A DNA stretch of 64,000 bases from Rhizaria sp. SCN 62-66 (lineage: Eukaryota): the NCBI GenBank assembly GCA_001724265.1, contig MEDY01000069.1, forward strand, positions 1-64,000. Reading direction: 5' to 3'. The notes beneath the pieces were generated by a model that worked only from the letters and a program-made list of their open reading frames with translations, searched no databases and had not been told where the DNA came from. Of this stretch, positions 1 to 11,107 are shown piece by piece (position 1 is the stretch's first letter; each line of letters begins with the position of its first letter). A program made the translations under genes and the position numbers.

Positions 1-1
1 G

Positions 2-3000
2 GCTGCGGCTGCTGCGGCCGCGGCGTCCGCCGCCGCGTCCTCGAGCGCGGGGGGCGCTCCTCCCACGGCCGCCGCGACCGTCGCCGCCGCCAACGCCGCC
101 GCAGCCGCGGCAGCCGCCGGCAGCGGAGTGACCGTGTTGTCGCCGGCGCCGAGAGTGCTGCGCGCGGGCTCAGCCCCTGGGGCGTCCCCCGCGGCCGCCG
201 CAGCCGCCGTGGCCGCCGCTGCCGCCGCCGCCGCCGCTGCCTCGGGCTCGCTGCCGGGCGCCGGAGCCAGCTCCGGGCTGTCCTCCGCCGCCGCAGCCGC
301 AGCCGCGGCCGAGGCCGCCGCTGCAGCCGCCGCGGGCGTCTGCGCCATCTCCATCGTCGGTGGACCTCTCCGCATCCTCGCCAGCAACGCCAATAGTGCG
401 GGCTCTAGCTCCAGCTCCAGCTCTAGCTCGACTGCCGCTGCTGCTGCTGCTGCTGCTGATGCGGACGCTGGCCGGTGGCTGGACGACGACGACGCCGCTG
501 CCGCCGGCCTGGGCCTGGCGCCATCCCACGGTCCCGGCCAGGCCGCGCAGCGCAGGCTGCTGTGTCCCGCGCCGACCGCCTTCTTCGCCTCGCTCGCCGC
601 GGGCGCCGTCACGACCGCACATTCGCGCGCGCAGTCGCAGGAGCAGCAGCGCCAGTCGCGGTCCGGCTCACGGTCATCCGCCTCCATCTCCGCCTCGCCG
701 TCGGCCTCGCCATCTCGTCGCAACGCCTCTGCCACTGTCGCAGGCGCGGGCACTGCGCGCTCGCGCTCAGCCTCGCGCTCCCGGTCCAACTCCCCCGCCT
801 CAGCCTCGGGCTCTGGTGCTGGTGCTGGGACCGCTGCGTCCGCGTCTGCGTCCGCACTGGCCGTAGTGCCGGAGACGTGGACCGTCGTCGGCCGCGGGCT
901 CGCCTACACACCCACGGGCGCTGACGTCGGCTGCGCGCTCCGCGTCGTCGTCTCCCCCGCCTGGCTCGTGCCCTCGGCCGCCGAGGTACGCACGCTCGAC
1001 GCCGTCGCCGCATGGGCCGCGGCCGAGTTTGCGCACGCGCTGGGCCACGCACCCGCCGCGGCCGACGGGCTCCCCGTGCACCTGCTCTCGCCCGCCGCCA
1101 ACGCGGCCAACGCCACCGCCGCCGCTACGGCCGCCGCCGCCGCAGCCAACGCGCTGTCGCCACTGACGCTGGGCGCCAACGTCGCCGCCGCGGCCGCGCT
1201 GATCGCCGCGTCGCTCAAGTTCGGCGTGCCCGATCTGGCCCCCGCAGAGGCCACGGGCGCCGCCGCGGCCGCGATGCCCGTCATCCCCGCCGTCGCGCGC
1301 GCGCCCGGGGCCAAGCCGCCGACTGCGGCGGCGACGGCTGCCGCTAACGCCACCGCGGCCGCCGCCGCAACCGCAGTCTCCACGGCATACGGCGCGACGG
1401 TGAACACCCCCGCCACTGCCGCGGCCGCTGCGAACGCTGCCGCAAACAGCAACAGCAACGCGTACAGCAGCGTGTTTGGCGCCGTGCAGTCCCCCGTCGC
1501 CGCGGCCGGAGCCTCCGCGCTGTCTGCCGCCGCGGCCGCGCTGCCGCCCGCGCCGGTCGTGGCGCTGCGCGGCGGCGGGCTGTACGCGCGCGCGCTGGTG
1601 CAGGCCTACTGTGACCTGCCGCAGGCGCGCGCAGCCCGCGTCACAGCGGCCGCCGCGGCCTTCAGAGCGGCTGACGCGACCGGCCCCGGCGAGTTCTGGT
1701 GCCCCGCGGCGCCGCTGCCGGGCCGTGTGCCCGGCTTCTTCAAGTCCCCGCCGCCCTTCGCGCTCATCCGCGCGCCGCCGCCGCCGCCGCCCTCAGCCGC
1801 CGCGACGGTGGCTGCCGCGGCCGCCGCGCGCAAGGCGTCGGCCACCGCGCTCAGCGTCGGCAGCGCGTCGCAGCGCAAAAACGCCGCCGCGGCCAACGCG
1901 GCTGCCGCTGCCGCAGCAGCAGCCGCGGCCGCAGCAGCCGCGGCTGCGGCCGCGACGCCGCACGTGCCAGGACGCGAGCTGGTGGATTGCGTGCTGTCCG
2001 GCGCGCCGTTTCCGCTGGTGGACCCGTTCCCGCGGCAGCGGTGGCACGCGCTGCCCGTGCCGACTGTGGTGCCCTTCCCCGCGCCCGCGCCCGCGCGGCC
2101 CTGGCTGCGGCCGTCGCCGCTGGCCGTGCGGCCCGCGAGCGCGGGCTCGCCCTTCACGGTGCTCGATTACAACATCCTGGCGCAGCAGTACGCGACGTCG
2201 ACGCTGTACCCGTACTGCCCGCCCTGGGCGCTGGGCTGGGACTTCCGGCTCCGGCTCATCCTGCGCGACATCACCGAGCACAACGCCGACGTGGTGTGTC
2301 TGCAGGAGGTCCAGGCGCTACACTACGCGCAGCATCTGCAGCCCGCGCTCGCGGCGCTGGGCTACGCGGGCGCGTACAAGCGCAAGGTGCGGCACTGGCA
2401 GGGCGACACGGACGGCTGTGCCATCTTCTACAAGACGGCGACCTTCAGCCTCGTGTCCAAGCACGAGATCGACTTCAACGAATGCGCGCACCTCCACGCG
2501 CAGCAGCAGCAGCAGCAGCCGGGCGCCGTGCCTCTGTCGCGCCAGCAGCTCACCCGCCTCTGCCGCGGCAACATCGGACTCGTCCTCGTCCTCCAGCTCA
2601 ACAGCAGCACCGGCGGCGGCGCGAGCCTTGCGTCGCCCACCGTCGCGTCGCCGCCCTCGGCCGCGGCCGCAGTAGCCGCCGCCAGCGGGATCCGCACCGT
2701 CATCCCCGCGCCCGGCACGCCCGTCTCCGCCGCGTCGCTCTCCGCCGCCGCCACCGCCGCCTCGCCCGCATCCGCCGCCGCCGCCGCCGCCGCGGCCGCC
2801 GCAGCTGCGGCCGCGTCGAGCGCGCGCGCGCGGCAGGTGTGCGTGGCCAACACGCACATCTACTGGGACCCCGAGTTCGCGGACGTGAAGCTGTGGCAGA
2901 CGTGGCAGCTGTGCCGCGCGCTCGAGGCCATCCTCGCGCGCGCTACCGCGGCCCGCGCTGTCGCCAGCCTGTCCTCGGCCTCTGCTGCCGCAGCAGCAGC

Positions 3001-3547
3001 CGCCGCAGCAGCAGCAGCCGCCGCCGCCGCGGGCCCGATGTCCCCGCTCTCGCCCATCTCTGGAACTAGCACTGGCGCGGGCGCTGGCGCGGTGAGCGGA
3101 CTATCGTCGCCAGTGCCGCCGACGCCGACCTCCGCGGGCGGCGCCGCGACGCCCCCGCTGATCCTGTGCGGCGACTTCAACTCGGTGCCCAGCTCGTCCG
3201 TCTACGAGCTGCTGTCGACGCGCCACGTGTCGCGGCACCACCCGCTGCTGCGCGCGGACAAGGAGGGCTACAGCCTGCTGCCGCCCGCGTCGGCGCTCAC
3301 GCACCGCCTCTTCCTCTCCTCGGCCTACCGCGCGCTGTCGCCGGGCGGCGAGCCGGCGTACACCAACTACACGGGCCACTTCAAGGGCGCGCTCGACTAC
3401 GTGTTCTACACGGACGCGCAGCTGCAGTGCCAGGCGGTGCTCGCGGTCGAGTCCGAGGCCGTGCTGGGCGAGTTCGGTGCGCTGCCCTCCGTGCGCAAGC
3501 CCTCGGACCACGTGCCGCTCGTCGCCGTCTTCGACTGGAAGGAGTGA
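2..3547 (+). CDS. CCR4: CCR4-family poly(A) deadenylase (EEP superfamily) with PDE12/plant-CCR4-like N-terminal segment; 5' end lies outside the window
   Basis: Frame open from base 2 to TGA 3545-3547. EEP motifs FTVLDYNILAQQYA, YCPPWALGWDFR, ADVVCLQEVQ, DGCAIFY, VANTHIYWDP, ILCGDFNS, YTNYT..F.GALDYVFY, PSDHVPL. ETWTVVGRGLAYTPTGADVG resembles the N-terminal motif of plant CCR4/PDE12. Long poly-Ala insertions between motifs. Confidence 0.9.
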   Translation, partial: AAAAAAAASAAASSSAGGAPPTAAATVAAANAAAAAAAAGSGVTVLSPAPRVLRAGSAPGASPAAAAAAVAAAAAAAAAASGSLPGAGASSGLSSAAAAAAAAEAAAAAAAGVCAISIVGGPLRILASNANSAGSSSSSSSSSTAAAAAAAADADAGRWLDDDDAAAAGLGLAPSHGPGQAAQRRLLCPAPTAFFASLAAGAVTTAHSRAQSQEQQRQSRSGSRSSASISASPSASPSRRNASATVAGAGTARSRSASRSRSNSPASASGSGAGAGTAASASASALAVVPETWTVVGRGLAYTPTGADVGCALRVVVSPAWLVPSAAEVRTLDAVAAWAAAEFAHALGHAPAAADGLPVHLLSPAANAANATAAATAAAAAANALSPLTLGANVAAAAALIAASLKFGVPDLAPAEATGAAAAAMPVIPAVARAPGAKPPTAAATAAANATAAAAATAVSTAYGATVNTPATAAAAANAAANSNSNAYSSVFGAVQSPVAAAGASALSAAAAALPPAPVVALRGGGLYARALVQAYCDLPQARAARVTAAAAAFRAADATGPGEFWCPAAPLPGRVPGFFKSPPPFALIRAPPPPPPSAAATVAAAAAARKASATALSVGSASQRKNAAAANAAAAAAAAAAAAAAAAAAATPHVPGRELVDCVLSGAPFPLVDPFPRQRWHALPVPTVVPFPAPAPARPWLRPSPLAVRPASAGSPFTVLDYNILAQQYATSTLYPYCPPWALGWDFRLRLILRDITEHNADVVCLQEVQALHYAQHLQPALAALGYAGAYKRKVRHWQGDTDGCAIFYKTATFSLVSKHEIDFNECAHLHAQQQQQQPGAVPLSRQQLTRLCRGNIGLVLVLQLNSSTGGGASLASPTVASPPSAAAAVAAASGIRTVIPAPGTPVSAASLSAAATAASPASAAAAAAAAAAAAAASSARARQVCVANTHIYWDPEFADVKLWQTWQLCRALEAILARATAARAVASLSSASAAAAAAAAAAAAAAAAGPMSPLSPISGTSTGAGAGAVSGLSSPVPPTPTSAGGAATPPLILCGDFNSVPSSSVYELLSTRHVSRHHPLLRADKEGYSLLPPASALTHRLFLSSAYRALSPGGEPAYTNYTGHFKGALDYVFYTDAQLQCQAVLAVESEAVLGEFGALPSVRKPSDHVPLVAVFDWKE

Positions 3548-4672
3548 AGCCAGCGACATGGACTCAGTTTGCCAACAGAGTGATGCGACTGTGAGGGAGC
3601 AAAGAGAGACAATGGGTGAGCACAGATAGCAATGCCCACGATATATGGCTGCGAACAGCTTGTCTGGCGCAGTTTGTGCTGTTTGTTTGGTTTGAATTTC
3701 GTGGCAGTCTTTGCAACTGTCATTGGTGTCGTGTGACTGAGTGATGAGTGCGAGTACAGTAGACCTTTTTGTTGATGCACACGACAGCACGCGACACATA
3801 GTGAGAACTAATGGTTTAGAACGAGCATGTCATTTCATATGCGAATATATTGGTGATTTATTGATGATGGTTAATATTAGTACCTAAGTAATAGAAACGT
3901 GTATATTTCTTCGAAAGTGAACGAACTATTTCAGAATACGAATGTGCACTGCGTCTTGCAAACAAAGTCGATCAAACTATTGCTGAATTTTGTTTTTAAC
4001 AGTTTGTTGTATTTGTATGAACAAAACATCCCTCGTGAACTAAAAACTATCAAACTTTGTGTCGAGTTGCTTTGTCATAAATAAAATATTGAGTTTGTTT
4101 TCACCTATATCGCCATCCGTCACCACGCACGGTGACGGACACAAGACGAAGCGCAGCGAGCGCGCGTTGTGCGCCTCGGCGCTACCCACACGCACACAGT
4201 CAGTCCTCCGGGGCTGGGCGGCGGCTGGGGTGGGGGCGGGGACCGGGGCGCGACGGCAAACGGCCAGTCGCGCCGCAGAGCCCACCGCCCGGCGCGTCCT
4301 CTAGGTGCCAGAATCTTCTTCCAGAATCGTCTTCCTCCTCCTTGCCATCCTTTGTATCGATCGTCGTGGTCGCTTATGATGCACGCTAGTCACTCCTGCA
4401 CTCTGCACGTAGCGACGTACAGACACGCACGAACGCGGTCTCCGGAAATTAGAGGGAGATGCGCCCGTCGTGTTGTATGTACGCGACCAACATTATAGAC
4501 CATGCGCGCAAGTGCAAGTGACGGGCGACAGCGACAGGCAGTCGACAGTACAGCCAGCATGTCCGTTAGCGGGCTGTAGCGACCACCGTAGCCGCTCCCT
4601 GTCCTCCATGACACGACTGCTGCTATTGCTCCCGTCGTCGGCGCAGTTGTCGCTGTTGTATCGTGGAGCGAC

Positions 4673-5263
4673 TTAGATGCGGTTGGCCTTCTCCTCCTTG
4701 GTAGCGGGCATGTTGGGGTTCGAGGTGTGGGCGTAGATGGGCGGCACGGCCTCGGCCGCGACGGCGTCGCGCAGCTTGCGGTACGAGATCCACTTCTTGG
4801 CGAGCACGAAAGTGAGCGGGAGACGGATGGGCTCGCACAGGTCCGTGATGAGCACGGTGGAAATAAGGTTAGCGGAGCTGGGAAACTCCTCCTTTGTCAT
4901 CTTGACAAGGTCCTGGATGATGCCGACGTCGATCGACTCGATTGCGTGGAGCAGGTAGTCACCGGTGCCGGTGGCCGCCACGCCCGCGTACACGACGGCC
5001 ATGTTCGTCGCGTACAGAGAAGCGTAGGTGACGATGCCGGGCACACCGTACTCCTTCATCTTGCCGAGGAAGCCCTTCTGTGCCGCGGCGTCAGCGGCGT
5101 CCTTGTTGATGGCGTCGACCTTGGCCTGCAGCTTGGCGTCGCCGGTCGCGGGCGCGGCAACGGGGGCCGCCGTCGCGCCGGCGGCGGAGAAGGCGCGGAG
5201 GGCACCGGAGCGGGCAGCGACGGAGCTGACGCGCGAGGTAAGCTTGAGACTGCGGGACAGCAT
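4673..5263 (-). CDS. FAM210/DUF1279-family mitochondrial inner-membrane protein (196 aa)
   Basis: ATG at 5263; Arg/Ser-rich presequence MLSRSLKLTSRVSSVAARSGALRAFS; MKEYGVPGIVTYASLY..MAVVYAGV and EPIRLPLT match the DUF1279 pattern (KEYG..TM.. P.R...T); strong codon bias; TAA at 4675-4673. Confidence 0.7.
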   Translation of the reverse strand: MLSRSLKLTSRVSSVAARSGALRAFSAAGATAAPVAAPATGDAKLQAKVDAINKDAADAAAQKGFLGKMKEYGVPGIVTYASLYATNMAVVYAGVAATGTGDYLLHAIESIDVGIIQDLVKMTKEEFPSSANLISTVLITDLCEPIRLPLTFVLAKKWISYRKLRDAVAAEAVPPIYAHTSNPNMPATKEEKANRI

Positions 5264-6513
5264 CTGGAACCTGGGAAGCAGACATTGGGAAAGTGGGCAA
5301 TGACGGTGCGGAGGAGACGAACGTGAGAGGACGGTGAGGTCAAGCAAGGGTACGAAAGTCAACGTGAACGGGCTCCTAGACTCCGACAAACAACAATATC
5401 GAAAACAAAACGAAGACAATAGGGGATAGGCGCTTAAAACGAATTTAATAAAGATGCTTAAGTCATGTCTGCGAGGCCACAGAGCGACTTTCGGGCACTT
5501 GGACTGAGCGGCTTATTTTCGTTCCTCACCAACCGAGCCCACGGTCACCTCGCCAGTCTGAATCACCGGCGTGCACCTTTTGCAGAGACCATATCTCAAG
5601 TAGATCGTATGTCTTTAGGGTGGTTTGTAGATGTATGTTATTCCGAATGGCGGGTATACTTTGTTGCTTTTTATTTGCTTCGTAGCCTTGATTAGACTGC
5701 CTGAGGCGCCTGGGTTGTCCAGCACGGAGAAGAGTCACGCTATGTACTACAGCATCATAAGATGCTTTCAGGATATACATTGGCGCGCGCGAGGGTCATT
5801 TTGTAGTGGATCACACAACCATGTGTGCCATTACACGTATGTGGGAATTGTTCTCAATGATTGTTGTCTTGCTAGTCTAAGTCCTCTGAGTTTGGCTGAC
5901 ATCATGATATAGCATGCATTAACCTCATTGCAGACTATCTAAGCACTCAGTTCTAGCACAAAAGACTGTGTGGCACGCTTGATCTAATCTATTAGTATAC
6001 GCAAGGAGGTATAACGTCAGAATTGCAACTCAAGAAGCCCAATTTAAACTCGACATAAGCGTGACGGAAGAACACAATGACGATTATATGTCGTATAATT
6101 TCATACTATAGAAATAAAACCGTATGGGTAATATAAATTAAGCTGCAGCACATAATATGAACATACATCTTTTGGCAAATGTGTCTGGTACGCCTGACAT
6201 CCAAGGCGAAATGCTGCGTCGCCCACGGTCTGCCATCGCTGCCAACGGCGAACGGGGGGGTAGAGAAGGCACCGAGCAGCCTCGCGAAAGCAGTACGGCA
6301 ATGCAATCGTGCGTCTTTGGGAGTCGTGTAGCCGCGATATTACACCGCATTTCGAAGTCACCATAGTGAATTTTATTATATATCTTCAAATTATTTCTAT
6401 AGCGACTTCAATAGGTTCTCTATTCTCCTCTTCGCACGCTGTGCTCACCAACTACTTTGCTCTTGGCCTTCTGTTCCCGCTCGCCGCCCTCTGGCACTTC
6501 CAGACCGCTCGCA

Positions 6514-9060
6514 ATGGCGTCCACTCTCGCTGGACTGTTGAAGGGCACTCAGGGCTCTGCCTCCGCCAAGGAGGACAAGTCTCTGTACTTTGACCAGACG
6601 ACGTCGTTCACAAAGCTTGGTTTGGACCGGCGTCTGTTCAAGGCCGTGGCCAAGACTGGCTACATCTACCCTTCGCTCGTGCAGACCAGCACCATCCCGC
6701 TCATCCTCGAGGGCCGCGACGTGCTCGTCCGCGCCCGCACCGGCACGGGCAAGACCGCGGCGTACCTTCTCCCTGTCCTGCACCAGATTCTCGAGGCCAC
6801 CGCGGACACCGCAGCCGACGGCGCTGTCGTCTCCGCCGCAGCCGCCTCGGCCGCGGCGTCCTCGGCCTCGGCGGGCGTGCGCGCCATCATCCTAGTGCCC
6901 ACGCGCGACCTCTGCGATCAGGTCCGCGACTCGGTGCGCACGTTCACCCACTACGCGCGCGAGGCCGTGACTTGCGTGACGCTCAACGCCGACTCGAAGC
7001 GCGCGCTCACGCTCGAAGCCTCGCAGCTCAAGCTGAATCCGAACCTCATCGTCGCCACCCCGGGCCGGCTGCTGCAGCACCTGGCTGCAGGCACGCTCTC
7101 GGTCAAGGCCTCTCTGCGCACGCTCGTGGTGGACGAGGCAGACCTGGTGCTCAGCTACGGCTACGAGGACGACGTCAAGGCGCTCAACGGCCACTTCCCC
7201 GAGTTCTTCCAGTGCGTGCTCATGTCGGCGACGCTGACACCCGAGCTGGACGCGCTCAAGGCGCTGCTGCTGCACAACCCGGCCGTGGTGAAGCTCGACG
7301 AGGGCGGCGGCGACAAGGTGACCTCTGGCGCGCTCGCGCAGTACTTCATGCTGTGTCCGCAGCAGGACAAGCTGTTGCTGCTCTACGTGCACGCCGCGCT
7401 GGGCATCTTCAAGGGCAAGACGCTCTTCTTCGTCAACTCGGTCGCCGACGCCTTCCACCTCAAGCTCTTCCTGGAGCAGTTCAGCATCAACGCTGCCGTG
7501 CTCAATGACGACCTGCCGTACAACTCGCGGCGCAACATCGTGCTGCAGTTCAACCGCGGTGTGTTCGACTACCTCATCGCCACGGACCTGTGCTCGGACG
7601 AGGTCGACGTCGCCGAGGAGCAGCGCGTCGAGTCCGCCGTCCGCATGCAGGTCTTCTCGGACGCCTCGGCCGCGGGCCGCAAGGGCGTCGACCTCACCAA
7701 GACCGCCGGCGCGAGCCATGGTGGCGTGATCTCCGACTCCGACTCCGACGGCGAGGGCGACGACGACAGTGTCGAGGTGAAGCCTGAGCCCGCGTCCGAC
7801 GACGTCGCCGTCAAGGCCGAGGTCATCTCCGACTCCGACTCCGACTCCGACTCCGATGATGACAGTGATGATGACGAGGAGGAGATTGCTCCTAAGGGCA
7901 AGAAGGCCCGCGCCGCGTTTGAAGTCGCCAAGGCTGCCAAGGCCGAAGCCAAGGCCGCGAAGGCCGAGGCCAAGGCTGCGAAGAAGGCCGCCAAGAAGGA
8001 GGCCAAGAAGGAGGAGGCCAAGAAGGAGGAGCACGGCTCTCTGCGCCCCTCATCATCCGCCTCCTCCGCGGACTCGCTACTGCCCACGCCCGCCAGCCAG
8101 CTGCCCACGCAGCGCGCCGGCGAGAGTGAGGAGGCCTTCCTGGCCCGTCTCGAGGCCTCTGAGGCCTCCCGCCGCGCGCGTGGCGCCGACGCCACCGCAG
8201 CGACCGCCGCCGCCGCCGCCGCAGCGACCGCCGGCTCCGTGGCCGGCGGCGCCCGGGCCGGCGCCGCCGCCGCGGGCGCGACGGGCCGGTCGAGCGACCG
8301 CGTGGGCGCGACGCGCGGCATCGACTTCGTAGACGTGCAGACGGTTGTCAACGTGGACTTCCCGCTGACGGCCAAGGCGTACACGCACCGCATCGGGCGC
8401 ACGGCGCGCGCGGGCAAGAGCGGGCAGGCTGTGAGCTACGTCGCCAAAGACGAGCAGCCGCTGCTCGAGGCCGTGATGGAGGCGCAGTCGGTCGTCGAGG
8501 TCGGCGGCGTCGTCACGACCAAGGAGCCTGAGCTCAAGCCGCTGCCTTTCGCGCTCGAGTCGGCCAACTCGTTCCGCTACCGCGTCGAGGAGTGCCGCCG
8601 CAAGATCACGGCCACGGCTGTGAAGGAGGCGCGGCTGGCCGCGATCCGCGCCGAGATGATCAACTCTGACCGCCTGCGCACGCACTTCGAGGACAACCCG
8701 CACGAGCTGGCGCTGCTCAAGCACAACAAGGCGCTTACGAGCCGCAGCAAGGTGAACCGGCACCTCAACTACGTGCCGGAGTACCTCATCCCGGCTGAGT
8801 TCCGCGCGCTGGGCGTCGCGGGCGGCAAGGTCGAGCTGGGCGCCTCGGGCGGCGGGCTCAGCTCCAAGGCCGGGCGCAGGCACCGCATGAAGGTGGACCG
8901 CAAGCGTGGACGCGAGCTTGACCCGCTGCAGTCCTTCTCTTACGACAGCGCTAAGCACGATGCCAACAAGGGCTTTAAGGCCAAGGAGCGCGAGGAGTAC
9001 GCGAAGAAGAAGAAGATGGGCAAATACAAGGCCAACGGACGCGTCAACAAGGACAAGTGA
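6514..9060 (+). CDS. DBP9: DEAD-box RNA helicase DBP9/DDX56 (60S biogenesis), 848 aa
   Basis: Q motif (F..LGLD.RL, PSLVQ), ARTGTGKT, LVPTRDL, VATPGR, VVDEADLVLSYGYEDD, MSAT, RGIDF, YTHRIGRTARAG; DBP9-specific C-terminus (FRYR, AVKEARL..IR.E..NS..L..HFEDNP.EL..L.H, HL.YVPEYL). Confidence 0.93.
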   Translation: MASTLAGLLKGTQGSASAKEDKSLYFDQTTSFTKLGLDRRLFKAVAKTGYIYPSLVQTSTIPLILEGRDVLVRARTGTGKTAAYLLPVLHQILEATADTAADGAVVSAAAASAAASSASAGVRAIILVPTRDLCDQVRDSVRTFTHYAREAVTCVTLNADSKRALTLEASQLKLNPNLIVATPGRLLQHLAAGTLSVKASLRTLVVDEADLVLSYGYEDDVKALNGHFPEFFQCVLMSATLTPELDALKALLLHNPAVVKLDEGGGDKVTSGALAQYFMLCPQQDKLLLLYVHAALGIFKGKTLFFVNSVADAFHLKLFLEQFSINAAVLNDDLPYNSRRNIVLQFNRGVFDYLIATDLCSDEVDVAEEQRVESAVRMQVFSDASAAGRKGVDLTKTAGASHGGVISDSDSDGEGDDDSVEVKPEPASDDVAVKAEVISDSDSDSDSDDDSDDDEEEIAPKGKKARAAFEVAKAAKAEAKAAKAEAKAAKKAAKKEAKKEEAKKEEHGSLRPSSSASSADSLLPTPASQLPTQRAGESEEAFLARLEASEASRRARGADATAATAAAAAAATAGSVAGGARAGAAAAGATGRSSDRVGATRGIDFVDVQTVVNVDFPLTAKAYTHRIGRTARAGKSGQAVSYVAKDEQPLLEAVMEAQSVVEVGGVVTTKEPELKPLPFALESANSFRYRVEECRRKITATAVKEARLAAIRAEMINSDRLRTHFEDNPHELALLKHNKALTSRSKVNRHLNYVPEYLIPAEFRALGVAGGKVELGASGGGLSSKAGRRHRMKVDRKRGRELDPLQSFSYDSAKHDANKGFKAKEREEYAKKKKMGKYKANGRVNKDK

Positions 9061-9812
9061 AGTGTTACGCGAGTCTGACTGAATGCAAACAACATCTGTC
9101 TTAAAATAAGCAAGATGCGAAAGCTTTGTCGTGGCCTCGATGAGTGGCCTGGGTTTTTTTACATATGTATCGAATCGCAAATGAAATCAATACAAAGTGA
9201 AATTAAATCAGTAGATTGTTCCTAATTAGATATGTCTATATTTTATGTTCCTGGGTTTGTTTTGCGCATTTGTTGAAGAAAAATGAATTCTCATTTCTAT
9301 TGGTGGTCGCGCTCACAGCAAAAATGGATGGATGTCACGATTTTTCTTCTGATTTCTGACGATACAAATATCGATCGCCTGAAATAAAAATGAGTCTTAT
9401 TCAAATGTCAAAAATGCTTGTACAAGAAAAAATATGTGAAGAACCTTTCGAAAACATCATTTTTAACTCAAAAAGTTAACTTTTATATCACGTCAAGTCG
9501 AGCTTGTTGAAGAAACAACAAACAGCTTTTTGACGTCGTGCCGATCGACCTAAAGTGACAATCAAACATGTTTGAACTGCTCAAATAAGCCAGAAATTGA
9601 ATTTCCTTTTAGGATTAGTCCTATTATTAGTCTCAAGAGCATTCTGTATTGTATGTCTACAATCTTAAGCAGCAATGCTGCCGGCAGCTAACAAAAGAAC
9701 TCAATATCATTGGCCCTGCACATCTAGTTACAACTCTGGCTCGGACACTACACACTTGTATCAAAGCACAATCTCCACAACATATCAGCACCATAACACC
9801 GTGTTTTCGAGC

Positions 9813-11039
9813 TCACCGGCGCGACTTCTGCTGCTTCTCAGACTGCTTCTCGGGCTGCTGCTGCTGCGCGTTGAGCCGGTCCTCCATCTCGGCCATCCGG
9901 CGCCACATGGCGGCCATGACACCCTGCGTCTCGACGACCTGCCCGGCCAGCTCCATGCATGCCTCGTGCGTCTTGACAATGCGCGCCTCGCGGACGCGCT
10001 TGAGCACCTCGATCACGACGCCCTCGACGCAGTTGAGCTGCTCGAACGACAGCGCCTCGAGCCCCAGCCCCAGCGCGTGCAGCGGCGACACCGACAGCGC
10101 CTCGGCGCGCGGGTCGATGCCGTGCACGTGCACGGCCGCGCGCGCCAGGGCACCGGACAGCCCGGCGCTCGCGCTCGCGCCGGTGTCGGCGCTGCAGCCC
10201 GCACGGGGCACTGCGTGGGCGTGGGCGTGGGCGAGCGCGCCACTGCCACTGCCGCTGTCGCCGTGGCTGCCGGCCTGGAGCGCGGCGGCCACCACCGACG
10301 CGGCGCTCGCGGCGCTGCTGCCAGAGTCGGCGGCAACGGCGGCGGAGGCGGTGGTGAGCGGGGCGGTGAAGAAGGGCGGGGGCGCGCCGGCCGCGATGGA
10401 GGCAAACGTGACGCGCTTCTTGCTGCCCGCCGCGCCAGCGCCCTCGAGCACCAGGGCGGCGGGTACGCGGGCGTCGGCCGCGTCGGCGTCATCGCTAGCG
10501 ACGACGACGGCGGCGTTGGTCACGACAGAGACAGCGGCAGCGGTAGCGGTAGCGGTCTTCTTGATCGAGGCCGAGAGAGTCTGGGCCAGGGTCGTGGCCG
10601 GGGCGGCCGCAGCAGCAGTAGCAGCAGCAGCGGCAGCAACCTTGGCATTCTTGCCCTTGCTGTCAGCCGCAGTCGCATCCTTAGCAGCAGCGGCCTTGTC
10701 CTTGTTCGAAGCCTTAGCAGCAGCCTTCTCCGCAGTAGCCTTCTCCACAGTGGCTTTCTCAGCAGTAGCTTTCTCAGCAGTAGCCTTCTCAACAGCAGCA
10801 GCAGCCTTGTCGGCGGTAGCCTGCGCCTGAGCCTTGAGCTTGTTGGCAGCAGTCATCGCCTCCTTGACAGCAACAGATGCAGCCTCCTTAGGCGCGGCAT
10901 CCTTGGGTGCGACCTCCTTCACCGCAGGCGCGGCAGCGGCGACAGACGCAGCTACAGTCTCCTTCGGGGCAACAGCAGCAGCAGACTTGTCCTTAGCATC
11001 ATTGGCCTCCTTCGTGTTCTTCTTGACAGACTCAGCCGC

Positions 11040-11107
<68 letters not shown>

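Noticed and set aside
9990-10090. LGLEALSFEQL segment as a MADS K-box
   Set aside because: Short coiled-coil resemblance only; no MADS domain present.
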